Both the position numbers and the translations under genes were made by a program. DNA of 64,000 nt from Eledone cirrhosa (Eukaryota). Where the stretch lies: positions 23,250,001 through 23,314,000 of the forward strand of contig OZ024746.1 in NCBI GenBank assembly GCA_964016885.1, given 5' to 3'. Shown piece by piece: positions 52,779 through 64,000 of the stretch. Below the pieces are notes generated by a model, which saw nothing but the letters and a program-made list of their open reading frames with translations, did not search any database and was not told the origin of the DNA. Numbering within the stretch: position 1 is the first letter of the stretch; the number at the start of each line of letters is the position of its first letter.

Positions 52779-54330
52779 CATTTCTACCTGGTTTGTATGG
52801 GCCTAATCACATTCAGTTTTGACAAAGATTAAATATTCTAAAAAATGTCTTTAAAAAAAAATATTCATCAAATACTTATAAAGAGGAAGTTAGAGCATGC
52901 ATCAAGTGTGTATGTGTAGTCACACATACATGTATACACATAGACACACACAAGTGAGTATATACATAAACACACATCCACATGTAGATCATAACATTCA
53001 TATAATGTGTATATGCACAGACACACACAGATGTATATATATATATATATATATATATACCTTAACACATACACAAATATGTATACATATAGATCATAAC
53101 ATTTATATATATGTATATATACACACAAACAAAGCCACACATATGTATATACACACAGATATGTATACACATAGAGACATGTATATATATATAGATCATA
53201 ACATTTATATACGTGTATATATACACACACAAACCATGCATGTATACTCACACACATAGATATGTATATACCTACACACACACAATTATAATATTCACAT
53301 ATAGAATGCCTGAAACAGAAATGCTAATGCTAAATTGTTGTTTAAACTAAAATTTAAAAAAAAAAGTTTTTAAAAAGTTCATTTTTCTGTTTATCAACAT
53401 CAGTTTGTAGTCAAAACATTAATTTTATATACACAAAGGCAGAAAAAAAAATTCCCAGAAATATAGGGTGGGGTTGGGGGTGTTGAGGGGGGTGGGGTGT
53501 AATGAGTTATGACTTTTCCTGCCTTTCAAAAAAAAGAGGGTTTTAACATTTAAAAGTGAAAAATATCTATCTACAACTGGGTACTGAAAACAAAGGATCC
53601 ATACATATAAATTCTTATTAATATGTTCGTTTCTTGCCAATTTTATGTCAAATTATATTGACTTAATATAACCGTTGAGTCAACTGTTGCCAGGATTGTT
53701 GAGACTAAAAGACTTAAATATATAAATATATATATTGCTGTTATTGCAGAAAAAAACAAAAAAACCCACAAATATTCTTCTTCTTCTCATCATCACAGTT
53801 TATTAACACCATTTTATTAATTATTTCTTCAGTTTCAACTTTGTTCTAAGTTTGTTTTCTATCCATTCTTAATTGTTGTTATTATTATTATTTTCTCTCA
53901 CTGCATGATTTAGTACTACTAAGACTTCATCCATTGGAGTTCAGTTCAGTCCATACCGACATATATACATTCTATACTGAATGCTGCTGGAAAGATTTTT
54001 TTTTTAAATGAACTCATATTAAAAAAAAACTAACAAATTACCAACTAATTTAGTATATTTTATCCAATATTTTTACTTATTGAGTGGATTTAAAACCACC
54101 ACCATCACTTGGTCTTTGGGAGTGCTTTTAACAGAGTCCATTCTCGCAAACAGTCTGGAAAGGTCTTTGGTTTGGGGATATCTCCCTCCTTTCCTCACAT
54201 CAGTCACAGACGTTCTGCAAATAAAATGTGTAAAGAGGGCAGAACTTTCCTCCTTGACTATGTAGAAAAAACAAACAAAAAAAACTTTATTTAGTTCCTA
54301 GTATAAAGTGCTTTTAAATGTTTGCCTTTT

Positions 54331-54544
54331 TGTATATATATATATGTGTATATATATATATATATGTATATATATATGTGTATATATATATATATGTGTA
54401 TATATATATATATGTGTGTATATATATATATGTGTGTATATATATATGTGTATATGTATATGTATATATGTATATATATGTATATGTATATATATGTATA
54501 TGTATATATATGTATATATATGTATATGTATATATATGTATGTG

Positions 54545-54578
<34 letters not shown>

Positions 54579-54814
54579 TATGTGTATATACATATATATG
54601 TATATATATATATATGTGTATATATGTGTATATACATATATATGTATATCTATATATGTGTATATATGTATATATATGTATATATATGTATATGTATATA
54701 TATGTATATGTATATATATGTATATATATGTATATATATGTAAATATATGTATATATATATGTATATATATATGTGTATATATATGTATATATATGTGTA
54801 TATATATATATGTG

Positions 54815-54883
<69 letters not shown>

Positions 54884-54954
54884 ATATATATATGTGTGTA
54901 TATATATATATATATGTGTGTATATATATATATATATGTGTGTATATATATGTG

Positions 54955-54985
<31 letters not shown>

Positions 54986-54988
54986 GTG

Positions 54989-55037
<49 letters not shown>

Positions 55038-55256
55038 ATATATATATGTGTATATATATATATATATATATGTGTATATATATATATATATGTGTGTATA
55101 TATATATATGTGTATAGATATATATATGTGTTTATATATATATATATATGTGTATATATATACATGTGTATATATATATATGTGTGTATATATATATATA
55201 TATGTGTATATATATATACATGTATATATATATATATGTGTATATATATATACATA
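54331..55256. repeat. About 0.9-kb compound (TA)n/(TG)n microsatellite
   Basis: Direct observation. Confidence 0.95.
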
Positions 55257-55984
55257 CCGTATATACTCAAAGCCGAGGAATATGTGACCAAAGCACCGCC
55301 AGTAAACTGGAAGGCTGTCTTATATACATCATCTAAATGTGTTGATTAGCTGCCTCAGTTTATAAACAGGGTTTTGATTTTCACCTATTTCTCAGATATA
55401 ACATATTTGAATTGGATTATATTCGAGTATATATGGTATATATTAGTAGTTGTAGTAGTAGAGTACTGTGTGGTAGACTGCTAGATTTGTTAGCTTACAT
55501 TGTCTACAACTCACTGCTTTATCAGCTATGAAGAATAATAATATTAATAATGATGATAATAAATAATAATAATAATTATAACAATAATGATGATGATGGT
55601 AAAGATGCCGTACAGAAGATCTTTAGTTTTTACATGTTAAATAATTGCCTGTACAACAATCAGTTTCACTCCTTTCTTTCTCTCTTTCTCTTTTTTTGTG
55701 AAAAGAAACCATTCATAGATATATCCCTTGTTAGATTCTTATACAGACTAGGACCTTATTATTGATATGGTTGACTAGGCTGGAGCTTAGGTGCCCTACG
55801 GGGATGAGGGGCCCGTCCAGTACTAGACCAGTACTTTGTTTCTTGTTAAAAATGACACACAAAAATTGTAACAACACACTATTATAGATGTACTATTTTT
55901 TTAAAAATTCAACATTGTATAGCTGTTAAATAAAATGTATATGGCCTCACATATAACAGTAAACATATGAAATGAAATTAGTTT

Positions 55985-56421
55985 GTTATACACTGATATA
56001 TTCAGACTAGTGTCCTCATTTTGGTTGTTATATTTATAATATTTCAGCTGTTGTACCCCACAGCTGTCTAATGTATTCAGATGCCTGTTGCATTTAGCAA
56101 TCTCAGAATGTTAAACCAAACTCTTTAGTAAAATTAGCAATGAGTTGTGATATTGCTACCTTGTTCCATATAAGTTAGAATATATAGACAGATATACAAA
56201 CCCATGACCAGCAGGTAGACAAGTAGGCTCAACACTTAACCAATGATTATTATACTGACTATGCTGTTGTCCTGTGCTTAGAATACATGGTTTGGTTTGG
56301 AATTCTGAGGACATTACTGAATACAACAGGCACCTGAAGAAGGCCAGGGTTGGGGTACAACAGCTGAAATGTGATAACAACAGCCAAGATAAGGACACTA
56401 GTCAGTATAAATCAGTTTATA
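55985..56421. mobile_element. Inverted pair of Penelope-like terminal repeats with degenerate hammerhead core
   Basis: 56324-56421 (CAACAGGCACCTGAAGAAGGCC...GGGGTACAACAGCTGAAAT...GGACACTAGTC) is mirrored by 55985-56090 on the minus strand. A third copy lies at about 43465-43555. Confidence 0.6.
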
Positions 56422-56779
56422 ATGATAGTTTCTACATTTGACACATTGCCAGCAATTTGAAGGGAAGGGAGAAATGGATAAAATCAATCCATTTATTACT
56501 AGTACTTTATTTTATCAGCCCCTTAAAGATGAAAGGCAAAGTTGACTGTAGCAGGATTTGAACTCAGAACATTAAGAGCCGTAACTATATGCTGCCAAGC
56601 ATTCTGTTCAATGCTCTAACGATTCCGCCAATCTGATAATAATCATAGTTATTATTTTTCACTAGAGATTTTCAAACAAAATCAAAACAGTTTTGTTCTA
56701 ACTTTCATATTTGACAAAATATTCTCACCACAGATGACATCACTCAGCTTGAAAAACACTGTTCTGTACTTTAGGTAAT

Positions 56780-56905
56780 AACTAGCCAATCGGAAGGCAC
56801 TATGTAATAAATAGCCAATCAAAAGGCATTATGCTAGACCTTAGGTAACAACTAGCCAATCAGAAAGTATTATGCTAGCATTGGATGACAATTAGCCAAT
56901 CAAAA
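56780..56905 (+). repeat. Tandem repeat carrying four TAGCCAATC (CCAAT-box) motifs
   Basis: TAGCCAATC near 56783, 56812, 56853 and 56893. Confidence 0.7.
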
Positions 56906-58244
56906 AGCAGATTATGTCCCTACAATTTTATTCCCATCATCTGTCACTTCTCTCAATGCTGTCAGATGTGACATTATTCTCAGGTAAACCTATTTAACTG
57001 TAAACAATGGAAAATCTACTGAAATATATACCTTTTATAAATAATAGATATTTATGCTAGAACAAAGCATATATTTGAAAGTTTAAGGTAAACACTTAAG
57101 GTAGATATAGTAACTGCTGCTTTTTGATTAGAAGTCTTAGCTGTCAAAAGAATAAACTATGAAGTGTAAACATTTTGATTCTTTTCACAGCTAAGGCTTC
57201 TGATTCCAAAACGTAACTTGATTTTACACTGAATATATATTTTAATTTCATGATATCAACCATTAGTTTAAAGAAATATAGTAACTAACATGAAGGCACA
57301 TGGCCTAATGGTTGGGATACTTGACATACAATCATAATGTCATCGGTTCGATTCCTGCAATGTGTTCTTGAGCAAAACACATTATTTCACATTGCTTCAA
57401 TACACTCAGCTGAAATGTGTACCATCAGTAGTTGGGAAGTTAAACCTGCATTTTGTCCAGAGTGACTCTTGTACTTTCAGTTGCTTGGCATCAAGGAAAC
57501 TGGGGATAAGCACTGGCCTGATGAGCCTTCAGTTTAGAACAGACTTTAACTTAATTGTGCTAATGAGCTCTCTTCCTTGTTAGACTTTGTCATATCTATT
57601 ATTCTAACTAGCTCCCACCCATTGGTTCTATGTCCAGTAACCCCAACCTTTTATGTCATTTCCTTACTATCTCGCCTCTAGCCAACACAACCATGACATC
57701 TATTAATTTCACAATGTGATAATTAGATAAAATAATTTTATATCATATATATAAACACCCACTTCCTCCACTACATACTCTGCATAATATACACATCCCT
57801 TCCTCTTATACATTATCTGCATAATATAATATAATTACTAACTTATCTTACAAATATAGGAATCCATTTTACAATACAAATACCTCCACACTAACAAAAT
57901 ATCTTTTCATTTTTCCTTTATATGTATCACATGCATGTGTATATATATATATACTTGTGTATAAGTCACACCTTTTAAACAAAAACAAGACAGAAAGACA
58001 AGCATGTGATTTATCTACTGGATCTACAAGACCTTAATTCAAACTATAAGGTACATTGTAAATGTATGTGAAATAGAGGTGTGACTTATTTACCGGTGTC
58101 AGTCATACACAAGTACATGTATATATACTGTGTGTGTATAAATATTTATATATCTGTGCATATATATATACACAGATAAATATTCAATATATATATATAT
58201 TTATACATATATTGAATATTCGTGTGTATATATACATATATATA

Positions 58245-58320
58245 CAGGGTGACAGAAAAACCTCCTATATTTTACACGGTCAACCCTTAAAAATGTGGGA
58301 GGTATTTTTGCCACACCCTG
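58245..58320. mobile_element. 76-bp Tc1/mariner-type MITE
   Basis: TA|CAGGGTGACAGAAAAACCTCC ... GGAGGTATTTTTGCCACACCCTG|TA. Confidence 0.75.
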
Positions 58321-61130
58321 TATAATTTATATACACATGAATGCGTATATGTATATATGAATATTCATATATGTGTGTATATTTATATACACATGAATAT
58401 ATATATATCATATATTATGCATATATATAGTAAATTCATTATCATTACTCTCATTTGCATTTAAAAAAAAAAAACATTTTATACTGTTTTTTTTTTTTTC
58501 CTGATTTGAATTTTGCATGAAGTTTTGATATTTTCAATTCTTATCTTTTCCTCTTTTGTAGTTGAAATAATATTTAATAATCTAATAATAGACTGGATAA
58601 GTCTTTCCTAGCTTTGTGATTATTTACTCAACTGCCATGTTTCTAGTAGAGAGACTCTCACTTAATCACAAACTTCTGGGTAACCATTATATTTTCTCTC
58701 TTGTTAGTTTGTTTTCATGCTTTTATACCTCAGCCATTGTAAATAAAATTGTTTCAAATTGCTAAACATTGCTTTCACTATTTCTGATGAAACCCTTTTC
58801 TTACAGTATTTCAAATGAAACACACTGCCTATGAATTTTGAAAATATAATTTATTTGAAGGGATTTAAGTACTATAACTGTTTGGAACAGACAATAACAA
58901 TGGTTATTATACAGAATTAAAATGGAATATGTTTAATCCTTTTGTTACAGTAATTCTAAAGGAACGCACTACCTATGTGCATTTTAAATAATTTTGAAAA
59001 TATCTAGTTTTTGAAGGGATTTAGTAATATAACGGTTTGGAATATACCTTAAAGGTTATTATATGGAAGGTGTTTACATAAATATAAACATTTAAACCGT
59101 TTTGTTACGGTATTTCTAATGAAACACACTACCTGTATGAATTTTGAAAAAAAATAATCCAGAATTTGAAAGGATTTAGTAATATAAAACTTTCTAATTA
59201 GAGTGCCACAATCTGTCATCTGGTGATCCTTAAGGAAACTAAGTACAGAAGAATGGCTTGTAAGAGCAGTGCAAGTCATATACAAAGGTCTCAGCAAGGT
59301 GAGTGTAAGGAATGAACTGAAAGAAAAGCTGGATATAAGAGGTATTAGATGTAGTATGCAGAAGAGAAGACTGCACTGGTATAGGCACGTGATGCATATG
59401 GATGATGATTGTTGAGTGAAAAAGTGCCAAGAAATCTGTGAAAGTGAGCTACAGTAGAGGAAGGCCAACGAAGACATGGGCAGTGGTTGACAGCTGACCT
59501 CAAATCACTGAAGTTGAGTTGATGAAGAACCACAAATGGAAGGATGCTGTGCTGGACAAGACCCATCCTATTCATGCAAGCATGGATAAATAAATGTAAA
59601 ATGGCAATGAATAACTATTGAAATACTGATCGAGTCATTTTGAAAATATAATGCCAAATTTTGAGGAATATAACTTATTATTAAGCTGGTGTTTGGAACA
59701 TAAATGTTCTTAAAATTATGATGGAAGGATTTTAGATAAATATCAACACTAACCCTTTTCCATTTCTAATGAAATACTGCCTATTATTTTGAAAAATAAT
59801 CCAGAATGCGAAGTGTAGTAATATAAACAAAACACACTTTATAACAAAATTTTGCATCATAGAACCAGGTGGTTTGGTATTAAGAATAAAAAAAAACTTA
59901 CACAAAGGTAATAAGTATTTGTACTTATTCATGAGACAGATAAAGATGGTAACTTCAAACATTCTCTCAGCTGATCTAAGATACCATATTCATCATTTTA
60001 CATTCACTTCCTATGCTGGAATGGCTTGGACAGTTTTGCTTTTATTTTTTAGTGGGACTATGAAATCAGCTAGTTTTCTCTATAAAAGTTAATCCAACCA
60101 CCGAAACTTTGCCAAGATATGGAACATATGAGCAAGACATAGTACCCAATGTCTTATTAGAAATATGATTTCAAAAGGGTTAATCAGAGATAAGGTACTT
60201 CTGCCATGGTTTTTTCGTCAGAAACTCAACATTTTCAATCACACTGTAATGCAAATTATCTCCCTTTGAATTGTAACCCAGTACAATCTGAACAGTGTAA
60301 ACGTGAGTAAATATTTTGTATCACCGATAAAAATAGGTTATTTAATAAATGATGCAAATACTATACATAATTTGTATTACTTAAAAGTATGAGTGTTCCA
60401 GTAGTTCGATCAATGGAACAGCCTGCTTGTTAAATTAATGTGCAATGTAGCTGAGCGTTTCAGAAACATGTACCCTAAAAGTAATTGTCAGGGAGATTCA
60501 GCATGACAAAGCTGGTCTTTTGAATTAAAGATTCAGTTCATCTTGTATTACAGTGTAAGTGGCTGAGCATTCTAGACAAGTACCCTTATATCTTTTTCAT
60601 TATCAGGTGTTTGGAACGTAAAGGTTCTTACATTAAATTATGGTAGAAGGTAACAATAGGGTTTAAGTCATTTCAATGAAATATTTGAATCCTTTCAGAC
60701 AAACACTTTTGTTACCATATTTCTACTGAAAGATAGTGCCTATTATTTCCAAGTCATTTTGAAAATCAAGAATGTTGAGAAATTTAGTCATATAACTTTC
60801 TCATTATTAAATTAGTGTTTGGAACATAATGTAACAAAGGTTTTTATAGAGAATTAAAATAATATTCATCCTTCTTTAAGATATTAGCATCAACAGATTT
60901 CTTCAAATAGAAATATATATAAATTCCACATAAAAGACTTTGTTCCTATATTAATCCTTTTGGAATAATGTTTTAATGTCCACTTTTCCAATCTGGTATA
61001 GGTTAAGATAAAAATTAATTATGGGCTGGAATCTTAAGTGTAGCAGTGGAGGGTAGTATGTGGGAGAGACAAACAATGCCACTTGCTTCAACAATTTCAA
61101 CATGAGCCATATGTAGACAAACAGATAGAC

Positions 61131-61161
<31 letters not shown>

Positions 61162-63512
61162 AAGGGCTTCCTTATAGTTTATGTGAACCAAAGGTTTGGC
61201 CTGCCCAAAGTGAAATGCAGAGGGATTTAACCCAAAACCATGTGGTTGCAAAGTTAATCTCTTAATCACAGCCATTTTGGCATGGGTTCGATGAGTCATC
61301 ATAAACTGAAACTAGTCTGGCTAGGGTAACACGTCTTGCTCATGTGTTCCATATTTGGAATGGTTCCTACAGATGGATGCTCTTCCTATTTCTTTAGGAA
61401 TAACTTCAGCCAGTGAAATGATATGCAACTTTTTTTTTTTTCAGGAGGTTTGACAAATATAAAAAGAGATCCTTTGACAAATACTGCAAACATTGAACAT
61501 TGAAAAAAAACCTCAAGATTCTAGACAGACTCAGCACTTAGTGAAGATAAACAGTTTTATTCCGTTTTGGGTAGATCTCTGTAAAATATGGTTATTGTTA
61601 ACTACAAACATTTCTTTTTAATGTACATGTGTATATAAATACACACACACACACACATCAAAAACATCTTTTTATAGTTTTTTTTTTTTTTAAATAGTTT
61701 TTAGTGTCATAAATTCAGCATTTCTATACTTTTAATGTGAACTCCACATATATGTAATTTTTTTTTTTTTTAATATTTAATTGAAGTGGAGGTCAGTAGT
61801 TTGCATTTTACACTGCCTAAATGTGTATAGACATGCATCTGTTTAAAGTCTGCAGTCTTTTCACATGGTTGGATGAATTCAGATTTTTTTTTTCTTTCAG
61901 AAAGTTTTCTTTAAAGCATATTTCCCAATCATATATATATTATTTATGTATAAATAAATATATATATATATGTGTGTATATATATATATTTTGTGAACTT
62001 GCTGTACATTGAAATACAGTTGCTATAAAACCATGTGGAATGTTCTTAAGAAATTCTGCATGAGAGAGAAACAACAAGATACACTAACACCTCCATCCTA
62101 CACTAAATGCAAACAGTTCTTTGTTTCGATTAATTTTTTTTTTTTTTTTTCATATTTAATTTCTTTTTTTTTTTGCTTTAGGTTTTTTTTTGTTTTTTTT
62201 TTATTTCATTTAATTTTTTTTCAAACAGAATCTTTCACCACAAAAAATAATAGAGGGAAAATTTACTGTACACATTTTTGTTTAATAAGTGTGCCTGTGG
62301 CCTGCATGCTATATCAGTACAACTGACAGCCTACCACTACAACAATCACAAGAATACTGCCATCAAAACTTAGTCTTCACACTCCACTCCACCCCACCAC
62401 CAGTGTCTACTAACTACCAAAATATTCATCAAGCTACTTTTTAAATAAATAATGAATATCTTTAACAAGATGCATTTTTATCAGTATATACTTCAAATAT
62501 TTTAACAATTGTCATAAGAAAAAAAAACAAAAAAACATGAAAACAGCTCCACTCATCATATTTGTGTGGGGTTTTAGTAACATCTAATAACTTAGATGTT
62601 AAAACAAAAATATTTTTCACAAAGGAATGAATATTTTGATGTAAATTTTATCTAATATTTAAGAATCCAAATTATAAATCCCATATATATAAAACGGACC
62701 CTTTTTAGACAATTTATAACTATATTAAAATTATGCATCAGAGAAATGATGAACCAATGAAGGGCTCTGCTTTCAATCTATTCTTAGCCAAAATATTTCA
62801 TCTGGTAGTTATATTGGTCTCCAACACAAATCTTATATTTAGATCCATAATCTATTTGTTTGATAAGAGAAAATACAGAGGCTTGTTATCCCAGAAAATT
62901 TTCAATTTTTATTGATTCATTTTTTATTTTTTTTAGAAATAAAAATCTAAATTTAAAAATTAAAAAAAAAAAAAAAAACAGGAATAAAGACAAAAGAAAA
63001 TTTCCAACTGGGATGTTTAATGGTCAGCATCATCACTGTTGCTGTTTCTAAATGGTCAGACAATCAGTTTTTTTTTATAGTTTTTTTTTTATTTTTACAG
63101 CCCAATGCTGCCGGACACCAAGCCAGGGAGTGTGTCCTGTCACATATGATACACCAGAGACAACTGGCTACAGCTACTAGTTCTGGAAGCTGGCCTCAGT
63201 ATTAAGAAAACTTTTATTTCTTAAATGTCATACCCTGAGAGAAGCTAGTTTTAATACTGAAAGAATTATTAGACACACACGAACAGAGAATTACAAAAGA
63301 CAAGATAAAGGAAGAGATAGTGGCTAGCATGTAAAGAAAAGAAACGAAAAACAAAAACAGAACCCAACAAAAATCAGAGAATTGGAAAGGGTGGGTCAAC
63401 GAAATATAATTAAATGCTCTTGTCTATAAAAACATCAATGAAAGTCGATTTAAAGAAGAAAATTTAATGAAACAACTTTGCCTTTAATATACATCTAACT
63501 ATGATAGCCTTT

Positions 63513-63662
63513 GGCAGAGTTATTAGATGGAAGAAGTCAAACATACAATAAGTCATGTGTGTAGCACAGAGTTATTAGATGGAACAACCCAAACATACAA
63601 TAAGTCATGTGTAGCACAGAGTTATTAGATGGAACAACCCAAACATACAAGTATGTCATGTA
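63513..63662. repeat. Three-copy ~50-bp tandem repeat
   Basis: CAGAGTTATTAGATGGAACAACCCAAACATACAATAAGTCATGTGTAGCA. Confidence 0.85.
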
Positions 63663-63870
63663 TTCACACACAAACAGTACATTTACAAAGGACACTCAAT
63701 AAAAACAAACAAATCTGAAAAACCAAGATATGTTTGAAGAATTCACACACACACACCCACCCATGTTTGTGTGAACAAAATATCTGAAATTGAATTAATC
63801 CGGATTCCTTTCCAACTAATTTCTAAAATGATATAAAAACAATAAAACTAATATATATATACACATACAC

Positions 63871-63904
<34 letters not shown>

Positions 63905-64000
63905 AAAATAAAAACACCTATAAAAGGCAACAACAACAAAATAAAATGTATAAATATCAACAGTTTTTTTTAAGATTTGGTGTTTTAAAAACAGAAAGGC

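Noticed and set aside
52403-55349. Multiple Y/I/V/C-rich ORFs
   Set aside because: Translations of (TA)/(TG) microsatellites.

Overview
AT-rich, repeat-dense animal genomic DNA; the SINE/RTE/microsatellite landscape suggests a cephalopod, probably an octopus (inference). The main gene is a plus-strand, spliced PAR-bZIP transcription factor (Pdp1/HLF/TEF/DBP family). Five coding exons could be read with GT-AG boundaries in a continuous frame: 40778-41029, 43869-43943, 44531-44671, 48991-49073 and 51642-51911. Its first coding exon is not securely located (candidate 31231-31276). A probable exon of another gene lies at 41-198. The rest is mostly SINEs, RTE-clade LINE pieces, piggyBac/hAT/Tc1-mariner-type MITEs, minisatellites and (TA)n tracts. 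Most notable: an intact minimal type I hammerhead ribozyme (23205-23260, minus strand) plus other Penelope-like hammerhead relics; three frame-symmetric cassette-like exons, two ending in alternative IPG/VPG PAR-entry motifs; a leucine zipper two heptads longer than the HLF/Pdp1 zippers as I recall them; and several inverted repeats that would make the pre-mRNA double-stranded. All calls are by eye, without database searches.
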